Shown: positions 50,567 through 59,576 of the stretch, piece by piece
How the letters are laid out: every line of letters starts with the position of its first letter
Position numbering within the stretch: position 1 is the stretch's first letter
Virus record (IMG/VR): IMGVR_UViG_2909314774_000001
DNA from: a virus
Taxonomy: Duplodnaviria; Heunggongvirae; Uroviricota; Caudoviricetes
DNA: 64,000 nucleotides
Direction: 5' to 3' (one strand)
Notes under the pieces: model-generated
Databases searched by the model: none
What the model was told of the DNA's origin: nothing
Seen by the model: only the letters and a program-made list of their open reading frames with translations
Translations under genes and position numbers: made by a program

Positions 50567-50902
50567 ATGGAGGAAATAATGTCGAACGAGATGGCAGGCG
50601 TAACGCCAGAGCAGGTAGAGCGCATTGCCGCTATCGTTGCGCGTGAAGTTGTCGGCAAATTAGGTAAGGAGTTGCGTGAGGAAATTGGCCAGGAGGTCAA
50701 CGACCAGCTCAAAACCTACTTTGGCGATATGACGCCTTCGCAACACAGCATTCAGCACTCCAACCTGGACAAACTACTTAATCGGCTAGACGCCATCTCC
50801 AGCGGGTTCTTTGGCGGCATTATCTCAAAGATAACGTCGTTCCTGATTACCGCGCTGCTGCTGGGTCTGGCCGCTTATGGCGTGAAGAATGGACTGCAAT
50901 AA
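50567..50902 (+). CDS. small membrane protein, possible holin/antiholin
   Basis: single C-terminal hydrophobic helix; first gene of the lysis region. Confidence 0.4.
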   Translation: MEEIMSNEMAGVTPEQVERIAAIVAREVVGKLGKELREEIGQEVNDQLKTYFGDMTPSQHSIQHSNLDKLLNRLDAISSGFFGGIISKITSFLITALLLGLAAYGVKNGLQ

Positions 50903-51608
50903 CAGGAGATCAAGGATGAAAACTCCGAGAGGCATTCGTAATAACAACCCTGGCAACCTCGACAAAGGTTCGCCGTGGCAGGGGCTAATCGACAACCCTG
51001 CCGAACCGCGCTTTTGCACGTTTAAAGACCCTGTTTGGGGGATTCGTGCGCTGGCGGTGACTCTAATTACCTACCACGATAAACGTCGCGCAAAAGACGG
51101 CACAAGTATCGATACCATTCGTGAAGTTATTGAACGTTGGGCACCGCCGAATGAAAACAACACTGACGCCTACATTAATGAGGTGTCTAAAGCCGTTGGT
51201 GTAACCGCAGACATGATCATCGATCTGCATGATTACGACATTCTTCGACCTTTGGTTGAGGCAATCATTCGCCATGAGAATGGGCGAGGTCCGCTAAAAA
51301 CGCTGAACACCTGGTATGCGGCAGAAGTTATTGAGGAAGGTCTGCGTCGAGCTGGCGTCGTTAAGCCGGTGAAAACCGTGAAGGCTGTTCCTGTAACTAA
51401 AGAAACTGCAGGCGCAACTGTTACAGCAGGTATTGGTCTGGCGCAGCTGGCCGATGTTATGCCGCAGGTTTCCGCTGCTATGGATAAAGCACAAGGTCAT
51501 ATCTCTAGCGGGGATACAGTACGCATCATCTTCGGTATTGCCACTATTGTTGTGGCAGGATTCATTGCCTGGTCGCAGGTAAGAAAACACCAGAAAGGGA
51601 TGGTCTAA
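50889..51608 (+). CDS. putative lysis protein / cell-wall hydrolase with C-terminal membrane anchor
   Basis: conserved-looking N-terminal RNNNPGNL segment, C-terminal hydrophobic helix, position before spanin-like genes; hydrolase assignment is tentative. Confidence 0.35.
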   Translation: MDCNNRRSRMKTPRGIRNNNPGNLDKGSPWQGLIDNPAEPRFCTFKDPVWGIRALAVTLITYHDKRRAKDGTSIDTIREVIERWAPPNENNTDAYINEVSKAVGVTADMIIDLHDYDILRPLVEAIIRHENGRGPLKTLNTWYAAEVIEEGLRRAGVVKPVKTVKAVPVTKETAGATVTAGIGLAQLADVMPQVSAAMDKAQGHISSGDTVRIIFGIATIVVAGFIAWSQVRKHQKGMV

Positions 51609-51609
51609 T

Positions 51610-51861
51610 ATGCTAGGCAGCCTGATGACAAAGCTAAAAGTTGCTTTGATTACGCTGGCTGCCGTTCTTTTCGTTCTTGTCGGCGCTTACACGATGGGCG
51701 GGAATGCGGCGCGACGAGCAATGGAAGAGAAGGCAAAACAGGAAGACAGAAAACGACTTCAAAACACAGTGAAAGTGGTGAATGAGACGAGCAGTAAAAT
51801 ACGTCAGAAAGATGCTTCTGCCGTTCATCGTGAGTTGTATGATAAGTGGGTGCGTCATTAA
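51610..51861 (+). CDS. i-spanin-like (Rz-like) protein
   Basis: N-terminal TM helix then charged helical region. Confidence 0.5.
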   Translation: MLGSLMTKLKVALITLAAVLFVLVGAYTMGGNAARRAMEEKAKQEDRKRLQNTVKVVNETSSKIRQKDASAVHRELYDKWVRH

Positions 51862-51997
51862 ACCACAAACAGCCAGCGTGTTGTTCTGCGATGGGGCTGA
51901 GCCTATCTATATCAGCAATAATGATGTAATGACTGAAGAAACCGAACGCCAAATCCTTTTTCACAATACGATGGGAGAGAGGGTTTGTGGTTGGTGA
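51782..51997 (+). CDS. o-spanin-like (Rz1-like) lipoprotein overlapping the i-spanin gene
   Basis: lipobox ISGC after a short leader; ORF starts within the Rz-like gene in another frame. Confidence 0.5.
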   Translation: MRRAVKYVRKMLLPFIVSCMISGCVIKPQTASVLFCDGAEPIYISNNDVMTEETERQILFHNTMGERVCGW

Positions 51998-52029
51998 TGT
52001 CGAAGTTCCCCTCAAATGAGGGGAACACA

Positions 52030-52551
52030 TTATTCTTCGAACAATTTTTCGATAGATTTTGTAGGATAGAACAAAGAACGCTCGTTGTTACCAACCAGCT
52101 GGATAAAGCCTAAACTTTTATAAAACGCCTTGGCTTTGTCATTTAACGCCTCAACGAAAAGTCCATGAATGCCTACAGCAAGAGATGCATTGTACACAAC
52201 GCGCATTGCATGTGTTACAAGCATTGAGCCAAATCCTTGACCTTGAAGGGACTTGTCCAAAGCCAGCCTACCCAAAGTAACACTTGGAACATTCCGATAA
52301 GGAACCTTCTTTTGTTTGCTTCTTGAAGGTAAGGACTCCTTTTCAAAACAACTACCTGACAAAGTGTAATATCCTAACACTTTTGGCCTTTCTTCTTGAG
52401 TGCAAAGCACATAAGCACGAAGAATTTTTCCCTCATGCTGCCTTTTTAAGTGGTTGGCTAAAAAGGCGTTTAGTGACTCTTCGCCGCAATCAAAACCGTT
52501 TAGATCATAATCTTTCTCTCCAGAGAAAATCTCTATCGTTGTATTGCTCAC
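52030..52551 (-). CDS. GNAT-family acetyltransferase toxin (TacT/AtaT/KacT-like)
   Basis: GNAT motif LQGQGFGSMLV; immediately downstream of a DUF1778-type antitoxin-like gene. Confidence 0.75.
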   Translation of the reverse strand: MSNTTIEIFSGEKDYDLNGFDCGEESLNAFLANHLKRQHEGKILRAYVLCTQEERPKVLGYYTLSGSCFEKESLPSRSKQKKVPYRNVPSVTLGRLALDKSLQGQGFGSMLVTHAMRVVYNASLAVGIHGLFVEALNDKAKAFYKSLGFIQLVGNNERSLFYPTKSIEKLFEE

Positions 52552-52558
52552 GAGTAAA

Positions 52559-52828
52559 CTACTCCATGCTTTTCAGACGATCAGCAGCTCGTTTCAGCTT
52601 GTCGTTCGGTGCCGGAGGATTGCTTATAGCGTCCATAACCAGATTCCAGGATTCTTCATTCAGAACTAGTCTACGGTGTTGCTCTATAACTTTCACGGCA
52701 CGTTCAGATGCACTGCTAACCATAAACTGAGTAATGCTCTGGTTAGACATTGCGGCAGCTTCCTCGATGATGCTTTTATCGTCATCGGTTAATCTCAAAT
52801 CGATGCGCTGCTTTTTTAGTGCTGACAT
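52559..52828 (-). CDS. DUF1778-type RHH antitoxin (TacA/AtaR/KacA-like)
   Basis: about 90-aa ORF (start MSALKKQRIDLRL) 8 bp upstream of the GNAT gene. Confidence 0.7.
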   Translation of the reverse strand: MSALKKQRIDLRLTDDDKSIIEEAAAMSNQSITQFMVSSASERAVKVIEQHRRLVLNEESWNLVMDAISNPPAPNDKLKRAADRLKSME

Positions 52829-53146
52829 GTATTCCTCCTGATGGCCGTGATGTAGGAAGGCCATCAATCTCCTCTGTTCAAACTGAGTTTTCGACTCAAA
52901 AATTACTTTAAAAGGCTATAGCCCATTACGTGTGCATTATCAAATTGTGTACGGCATATCACCGTACTTGTAATATAGAGGTCATTGTTACTTTTTTCAA
53001 CAGACAAATACAAGCTATGATTGCCAATTGTTAATCACAACCTACCATTTAACCTTTACACCGCAGCCGTAGGCATTTAGGCTATATCACATATAAGAAA
53101 ACAAGTTGTTTCAGACGATAATTATATACGCAAAGGGAACTCTCCA

Positions 53147-53815
53147 ATGACCAAGATCTTTGTGGTTGGCGGCACAAAGGGCGGGCCTGGCAAATCCACC
53201 GTTGCCCAGCAAATTGCCGTTTGCCTGAAAGTCAAAAAGAAGAAGAAGGTTTATATTACCGATATAGATATTCAGCGCACGACAACGAGCTGGTGTGAAG
53301 ACCGTCGACAGAACGAAGACCTTGAGCTGATTCCTTTTGCATACGTTCAGGATGACATCATTAAGCACCTAAAATCGCTTCAGGGTAGAGCTGAGTTTGT
53401 AGTGGTAGATGCCGGTGGCTTTGACTCCGAAATTCAGCGACAAGCGATGCTGATGGCTGACGTTATCATTATCCCGCTTCGTCCTAAGCGTCGTGATTTG
53501 AAATCTCTGCGTGACATTGATCCTATTATCGACAATGTTCGTAATGTAAACGATAAAGTGAAGGTCCGCGCGGTCATGAACCAGTGCCCGGCTTTGCCAT
53601 CACAAGTGTCTCGCATTCTGGCGGCTAAAGAGATTGTCGAGACGTTTGGCATCGAGTCTGCGCCAGTCAATCTATATAACCGCAACGTCTATGATGATGC
53701 GGAAGAGTCTGGTCGTTCTATCTTTGAAATGACCGGTAGCGAGCGCGACAAAAAGGCGGAAGCCGAGTTTGAAGAATTTGTAGATTATCTGTTGAGTCTG
53801 GAGGAAGAAGAATAA
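53147..53815 (+). CDS. ParA-type partition ATPase (small type Ib, ParF-like)
   Basis: deviant Walker A GGTKGGPGKST; 222 aa; class-A palindrome 53096-53112 upstream. Confidence 0.8.
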   Translation: MTKIFVVGGTKGGPGKSTVAQQIAVCLKVKKKKKVYITDIDIQRTTTSWCEDRRQNEDLELIPFAYVQDDIIKHLKSLQGRAEFVVVDAGGFDSEIQRQAMLMADVIIIPLRPKRRDLKSLRDIDPIIDNVRNVNDKVKVRAVMNQCPALPSQVSRILAAKEIVETFGIESAPVNLYNRNVYDDAEESGRSIFEMTGSERDKKAEAEFEEFVDYLLSLEEEE

Positions 53816-54174
53816 TGTCCATGAAAATGGGTGACCTAGCAAAGCGCAAAGAGCCTGATGCACCGGCTAAGAACACAACTCCTTTGCGCCAACCAGTCAG
53901 ACCACAGGGACGCCCGACTCGTGGCAAAGAGAAAATTAAAAGCCGCACAATGTCACTGGAGGACGAATACTTCGAACTGCTGGAGATGATGAAGTTCATC
54001 CCTCGCTTCGAGAAATTCACCCGCTCTGATGTGATTCGTGCTGCTATTTTCCATCTTGCGGAGAAGACACCGCAGGAAATCGAGGACATCGTGAAACTTA
54101 ACGAGGCGATCACAGCTGCCGATGTCACGATGCGTACCGATGAAATTAAACGCGAGTTGATGAAGAAAGGGTGA
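53815..54174 (+). CDS. ParG-like small DNA-binding partner (putative RHH)
   Basis: 119-aa ORF translationally coupled to parA-like gene; basic N-terminal tail. Confidence 0.5.
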   Translation: MSMKMGDLAKRKEPDAPAKNTTPLRQPVRPQGRPTRGKEKIKSRTMSLEDEYFELLEMMKFIPRFEKFTRSDVIRAAIFHLAEKTPQEIEDIVKLNEAITAADVTMRTDEIKRELMKKG

Positions 54175-54177
54175 TTA

Positions 54178-54200
54178 TATTGGGCGTTTGTTACGCCCAA
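54178..54200. terminator. hairpin ATTGGGCG tttgtta CGCCCAAT
   Basis: perfect 8-bp stem between the partition genes and the KAP gene; no clear T-run. Confidence 0.45.
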
Positions 54201-54225
54201 TATATGAGTTGAAGGATAGACACCA

Positions 54226-55932
54226 ATGGAATCGATAGAAGTATTTTTAAAAAATTTTTTGGACTCAGATCATCGGGTTGCTGTCATAAAAGGAAATTGG
54301 GGAGTAGGTAAAACGCATTATTGGAATAGCTTTTATACTAAACATTCTAAAAAATTAGATTTTAATGCATATTCATATGTTTCTTTGTTTGGAATAAATT
54401 CTATTGGAGACATTAAAAAAGCTCTTTATCATTGTGCCACACCAATTAATGAAAAGAAATATAAAGAACTGATTTTATCTGAAACGGATCGAACTATGAT
54501 TCGTTATAGAAATGGGTTTTGGGGATGGTTGAAATACAACTCCTTGTCAAAATTTTTAATACATTTTGGAAAGAACGATTTTTTTGGGTTCAAAACTGAT
54601 AATCTGCTGTCATCTCTTGAGTATAAATTTGTTAATAATTATTTGGTTTGCATTGATGATATTGAACGAAAAGGTAGTGCGCTAGAAATTAAAGAGATTA
54701 TGGGGGTAATTGATGAGTTGGCAAGAAGAAAAAATTGCAAGGTTGTTCTAATATTAAATGAAGATAACTTACATGAAGAAACTGCACAACAACAGTTTTT
54801 AGAGTATAGAGAAAAAATAATTGATGTGGAAATAAAATACGATCCCACGCCTGAGAAAAACTTAAGAAAAGTTTTTTATGAGACTGACCCTGATTTTCTT
54901 TTGTTAAAAAACCTAGTAAATGATTTAAACATCAAAAACATTAGAATATTAAATAAAATAAAATCATCTCTAGTTATATTTAGAGATGTGCTAAAGTTAG
55001 CAGAGGATAAGGTTAGAGAAAGTTTTATTAATAGATTGGTCTTATTTTCAGTGGTTTACTATTTTGGTGTTCCTAGCGTTGATTATGCTTCATTTAAGGA
55101 GTCAATCAAAAATATACATGCATTCGACTATATGTTAGATGATAAAGATGAAAAGGAAGAAGTTAACTCTGTATATTCATTTGTTAATAGCCTTGATGTT
55201 ATTTATGAACGAGCAGAAAGTGCTTTCGATGATGATATAGATTTTTACCTTAAGAACGGTTATGTTTCTTCTGAAAGCAATATTCTAAATATAATAAAAG
55301 AAAAAAATGAACAATATAGAGATAATAGGGTTTTATGTGAGGTTTATAAAATTTGGGATGTTTTTAGAAACTCTTTTAAAGATAATGAATCAGAGTTTAT
55401 TTTTCAAATTGAGCGCGTAATTAACGATAGTCTGTTGCGTATACCAATTGGACAGTTCGTAGGTTTAATAAATGTCCTAATTAAATTGGATAGAGATTGT
55501 AATAATATTATAGAGGCATATGCAGATGCTTTTGTTAATAAAGAAAATGCGTATGCTACATTTAATTCTTTGCGAGTAGAGATCTTCGGAAATGAAGAAT
55601 TAGGTTTCAGAATTGAAAAAAAATTGAAAGATAGAAATCCAGATGACTATAACTTAGATAAAATTATAAAAAAAATAGCTGGTGGAAGATTTAACCATAG
55701 TGATGTGAATATTCTTAACAGTTTTTCTAAAGATGATTACGTAAACTGGATATTATCCTGTGATCAGGATGCTTTGAATTTAGTAGAAGAGACTATGCTC
55801 AAGTTCAAGGGTATGCAACACCCGACAGACGAACAGAAGAGCATCACTGATAAAGCAATAGAAGCTTTGGAGGAAGTTGCTTCAAAATCAACACTTAATA
55901 AGCTGCGTGTTAATAAAATACTCAATCATTAA
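54226..55932 (+). CDS. KAP-family P-loop NTPase
   Basis: Walker A GNWGVGKTHYW (the G.WG.GK(S/T) form typical of KAP NTPases), Walker B LVCIDDIER; strongly AT-rich gene. Confidence 0.75.
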   Translation: MESIEVFLKNFLDSDHRVAVIKGNWGVGKTHYWNSFYTKHSKKLDFNAYSYVSLFGINSIGDIKKALYHCATPINEKKYKELILSETDRTMIRYRNGFWGWLKYNSLSKFLIHFGKNDFFGFKTDNLLSSLEYKFVNNYLVCIDDIERKGSALEIKEIMGVIDELARRKNCKVVLILNEDNLHEETAQQQFLEYREKIIDVEIKYDPTPEKNLRKVFYETDPDFLLLKNLVNDLNIKNIRILNKIKSSLVIFRDVLKLAEDKVRESFINRLVLFSVVYYFGVPSVDYASFKESIKNIHAFDYMLDDKDEKEEVNSVYSFVNSLDVIYERAESAFDDDIDFYLKNGYVSSESNILNIIKEKNEQYRDNRVLCEVYKIWDVFRNSFKDNESEFIFQIERVINDSLLRIPIGQFVGLINVLIKLDRDCNNIIEAYADAFVNKENAYATFNSLRVEIFGNEELGFRIEKKLKDRNPDDYNLDKIIKKIAGGRFNHSDVNILNSFSKDDYVNWILSCDQDALNLVEETMLKFKGMQHPTDEQKSITDKAIEALEEVASKSTLNKLRVNKILNH

Positions 55933-55940
55933 TAGATTAT

Positions 55941-56000
55941 GACCTGCTTCCGTATGTATTTAATAAGTTACTTATTATTTGTATATACAGAAGCAGGTCT
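55941..56000. repeat. second copy of the large palindrome (GACCTGCTTCcGTATgTA ... AATAAGTTACTTATT ... TATATACAGAAGCAGGTC)
   Basis: shares arms and core with 21049-21106; followed by TTTTAAAG. Confidence 0.75.
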
Positions 56001-56104
56001 TTTAAAGACACCCACCAGAACAAGTCCCTTCCGTTTCCACTTCCAAAAACTGCCACCAGTCGCTATCATCCGCTCATTGTGATAAGTAAGTAACTACCTA
56101 CCAG

Positions 56105-56854
56105 GTGAGCCACATGAGCCAAATCTTTTTCGATACCATCGACAACGACCAGTACGACTTCATGACAGAGTGGAATACCGCTGTTATGGACAAGTGGGTT
56201 GCTGAAAACATTGGTTTGTCGCGCTGCAAAGACGAGGCTGAACTGTTTGAGACGAAGTGGTTTGATTACCGCGATATGCATCCTCTCATGGCCACCTGTC
56301 TGTTTACGGAGGCATACAAACGTCAGTACTCAAATATCATGCTGACGCACGGTCGTGAACACTTTGAAACAGCTCCGTTCACCACCGGGTTAAAACGCTT
56401 GCCTTATCAGGAGTTGTCGACTGCTAATAAAACGTCGCTATGGAAAGCACGCCAGTTTGCGGATCGCTATTGCTGCTCATACGACTACTTTATCTCCACT
56501 GTTCTTTCCGCAGCTGCACGACGTCTGTGGGACAAGCTGCCTCGCCCACAGCATTTGTGGCAGCCAGAACTGATTGAGATATTTGAAGAGAAATTAGCCA
56601 GACGCGCAACAACCCGTCTGGATGACTCTCTGGTTAGCTTTAAGCATATGGGAGACATGCAGTTCAACCCGATTCAGGAAAGCTATTTTGAGTGGATTCT
56701 GGAGCGTTTGCGCACCATCCCTCGCAGCAAGCGCATACGCGCAATTTTCTCCGCTATCTGGCTAATGGAAATCGTTCCAGAGCGCCTTATTTCCGACCAC
56801 TTTCCAGAAGAACTGGAAGAAGCACGGCGGTTTATTGATCCCCTATCTAATTAA
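56105..56854 (+). CDS. hypothetical protein (possible replication accessory or loader)
   Basis: 249-aa ORF directly upstream of the helicase gene. Confidence 0.45.
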   Translation: MSHMSQIFFDTIDNDQYDFMTEWNTAVMDKWVAENIGLSRCKDEAELFETKWFDYRDMHPLMATCLFTEAYKRQYSNIMLTHGREHFETAPFTTGLKRLPYQELSTANKTSLWKARQFADRYCCSYDYFISTVLSAAARRLWDKLPRPQHLWQPELIEIFEEKLARRATTRLDDSLVSFKHMGDMQFNPIQESYFEWILERLRTIPRSKRIRAIFSAIWLMEIVPERLISDHFPEELEEARRFIDPLSN

Positions 56855-56897
56855 CTAATACTAGAAAACAATTTGTTTAAAAAACAAAGGAAAGCAC

Positions 56898-58238
56898 ATG
56901 ACCGAACTTTGCCATACAGGACGCGGGCTGTCCGAAGAGTTTGATGAAGATTTCCAGAACAGACTGACGGCATATTTTTGTCGTGATCACGAGTTTCTTA
57001 CTCGTGCGGGAGATCTGGTTGTGCCTAGCCAGTTTGCCAATGCGGCCAATGCCATATTGGTTAATATGGTTTCGGGCTATTACCGTATGTACAAGAGCGC
57101 GCCCTCTTCATCTGCAATTCTGGATATGCTTAAGCGTGCGAAACGCGATAAGACTATCCGTGAGGAACTATTCGCCGATGTTGTTGCTGCGTTTAAGCGC
57201 ATTCTTGCAGAAAAATTGTCCGATACCTCGTACATGGTTGACCAGGTATCAACCTTCGCAAAAAGTGTAGCGTTTGATGATGCTCTGATTAAGGCTGCTG
57301 AACTGAAAGAGAAAGGCGACTTTCAGGGGGCGATGGCAATCATGGCCAAGGTTCAGCAGATTGGATCGAACGAAGCGACCGGAATCTATGACTACTACAC
57401 CTCCGCAAGTGAGCGATTGAAAGCGCGTGAATATGAGGCTTCAGAGGAGTATGTACCAAACAGTATTACAACTGGACTCCCTCTTCTCGATAGGTTGCTG
57501 TACCAAAAAGGCTGGGCAAAGCGCGAAATGGTGCTCTTCATGGGGTTCGCTAAATCCGGTAAATCGACCGCAATGGGTGAGTTTTCCATAAACGCAACGC
57601 TTGCTGGCTACAATGTTCTGTATCTCTCGCTGGAGGTTCACACCACCATTTTATCCGACCGTTTTGATGCAAGATTGTCGGAGACAGAAATGTCCAAGCT
57701 GGTGGAACGGCGCGATGAGGTTCATCGTAAGTTGGCAGAGTTGGGAGCCACGAAGGGGATTGGTAGTTTGTGGGTGGTTGAGCGTCCGTCAGGAAGTATG
57801 TCACCGGCAGATCTGGACCGTATGCTTAACAGCATGAAAGCCAACGGCATGGTACCTGACATGGTTGTTGTCGACTACGCAGATTTGATGCGTGCCAGTT
57901 ATGACCTTCGTGATGATCGCGCCAACATTCGTAGTATCTACACCGATTTACGTGCTCTTTATGACAAGCATAACGTTGCTGGGATCACGGCATCGCAGAC
58001 AAACCGTGAAGGTGGAGCGTCAGAAGTTGCCACAATGATGCACGCTGCCGACAACATCGAAAAAGTACGTATTGCTGACCTGGTAATAACGATCAACAAA
58101 ACCGAAGAAGAAGAAGCGAAAGGAGAGGCTCGTCTCTACTTTGCTGGTTCACGTAACCAGCAGGGAGGGATCAGCATTCGCGTTAAACAAAACCTCGAAC
58201 AAATGCGCTTCATTGAGCGAATCTTAGACGTTACCTAA
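56898..58238 (+). CDS. DnaB-like replicative helicase
   Basis: Walker A GFAKSGKST, Walker B VVVDYADLM, SQTNREG arginine-finger region. Confidence 0.7.
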   Translation: MTELCHTGRGLSEEFDEDFQNRLTAYFCRDHEFLTRAGDLVVPSQFANAANAILVNMVSGYYRMYKSAPSSSAILDMLKRAKRDKTIREELFADVVAAFKRILAEKLSDTSYMVDQVSTFAKSVAFDDALIKAAELKEKGDFQGAMAIMAKVQQIGSNEATGIYDYYTSASERLKAREYEASEEYVPNSITTGLPLLDRLLYQKGWAKREMVLFMGFAKSGKSTAMGEFSINATLAGYNVLYLSLEVHTTILSDRFDARLSETEMSKLVERRDEVHRKLAELGATKGIGSLWVVERPSGSMSPADLDRMLNSMKANGMVPDMVVVDYADLMRASYDLRDDRANIRSIYTDLRALYDKHNVAGITASQTNREGGASEVATMMHAADNIEKVRIADLVITINKTEEEEAKGEARLYFAGSRNQQGGISIRVKQNLEQMRFIERILDVT

Positions 58239-58385
58239 AAAATAAGCGTGGAGAACACCTCCACGCTTGATTCATTGGTGAAACAACTTTTCTTTTGCCA
58301 AACCACAAAAGAAAAACACATGAGCCTTTATGTTATATCAACATTTAGGTTGGTCACAATATTGCCTGTTAAAAGTGGAATTATC

Positions 58386-59498
58386 GTGAGCGAGCTGAAA
58401 GAGCTAATTACCGAATTAGATTTTGAACAATGGTTGGATACTGAAGGTATCGTTTATCGACGTGGAGGCGTGAGTGCTCGCGGTCGTGAAGTGAATATCA
58501 AGGAATGTCCGGTATGCGGCAGCTCCAACTGGAAGGTATATTTCAATCTGACCAGTGGCGTCGGCAAATGCTTTGCTGGTGATCATCCCGAAGAGATTCA
58601 GTTCAATAAGCTGGTCTTCCTCAAGCACTACAGCGGCAAATCACGACGACAGTTCGAGGAATATGTGCAGAACGCCCTTCTTTCCCAGGGGTGGGCACCA
58701 AAGAAAGAAGAGATAGTGCTTGCAAGCACAGTCGAGTTAGAGGGACCACTTGCACTCCCTCGTCATTACGAACTTCCTATAGATGGCCGTCTTCCAGACT
58801 ATCTGGTTGAACGAAACATATCGCCTGAAATGGCAAAGTATTTTGACCTACGATACTGCGTCGAAGGCAAGCACGCCTATGTAGATCCGTATACAGATCA
58901 GGTTAAAGGACAGATATTCGATATGCGAATACTGATACCGGTTTACGATCTGGATGGGGTAATGAAGACATTTCAGGGACGAGACATTACCGGTACAGCA
59001 GAACGCCGCTACCTCTTTCCTATGCAGCTTCCAGCTTCAGGTAAGTTTCTCTACAACGGCCATAATGCAGTCGGCAAACAGACTGTAGTTGTCTGTGAGG
59101 GGGCGTTCGATGTTATGGGGGTTAAACGAGCTATTTTTGACGAAGAAACATTACGTGATTACGTGGAACCAATAGGAACGTTCGGGATGCATCTATCTGG
59201 TAACACCACTCAGGATGCAGAAGATCAGTTAGGCGCGTTCCTGACGCTCAAGGCGCGTGGGTTACGTAATGTGATCATGATGTGGGATAGTGAAAAGCAA
59301 GCTATACGTAATACGATGGCCGCAGCCAGGCGACTGACCAGTATTGGTCTTAATGTCAAAGTGGCGTGTTTGGGCGAGGAAGGACTCGACCCGGGCGATG
59401 CAACGCCAGAGCAAATCATCAAAGCCTATTATCGGGCAAAACCGTATACCAAGCAGTTGGAGTTACAAAGCAAGGTTTTGGGCATTAAGGCTCTATGA
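58386..59498 (+). CDS. DNA primase (zinc-ribbon + TOPRIM-like)
   Basis: CPVCGSS..(n)..KCFAGDH zinc-binding segment then acidic TOPRIM-like region; GTG start after SD-like AAAGTGGA; track start 58248 lies inside an upstream hairpin. Confidence 0.6.
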   Translation: MSELKELITELDFEQWLDTEGIVYRRGGVSARGREVNIKECPVCGSSNWKVYFNLTSGVGKCFAGDHPEEIQFNKLVFLKHYSGKSRRQFEEYVQNALLSQGWAPKKEEIVLASTVELEGPLALPRHYELPIDGRLPDYLVERNISPEMAKYFDLRYCVEGKHAYVDPYTDQVKGQIFDMRILIPVYDLDGVMKTFQGRDITGTAERRYLFPMQLPASGKFLYNGHNAVGKQTVVVCEGAFDVMGVKRAIFDEETLRDYVEPIGTFGMHLSGNTTQDAEDQLGAFLTLKARGLRNVIMMWDSEKQAIRNTMAAARRLTSIGLNVKVACLGEEGLDPGDATPEQIIKAYYRAKPYTKQLELQSKVLGIKAL

Positions 59499-59576
59499 TA
59501 ACAATCACCTTTAAAATAAGTAGATGATTACTTATCTTTCTGTGAGAATACTTTCATCTGTTAGCTAGGAGTTGGT

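Noticed and set aside
53147-54174. ParA-like and RHH genes as components of a defence system together with the KAP NTPase
   Set aside because: The pair looks like a canonical small ParA plus DNA-binding partner and is separated from the KAP gene by a hairpin and a sharp composition change; treated as an independent partition module.
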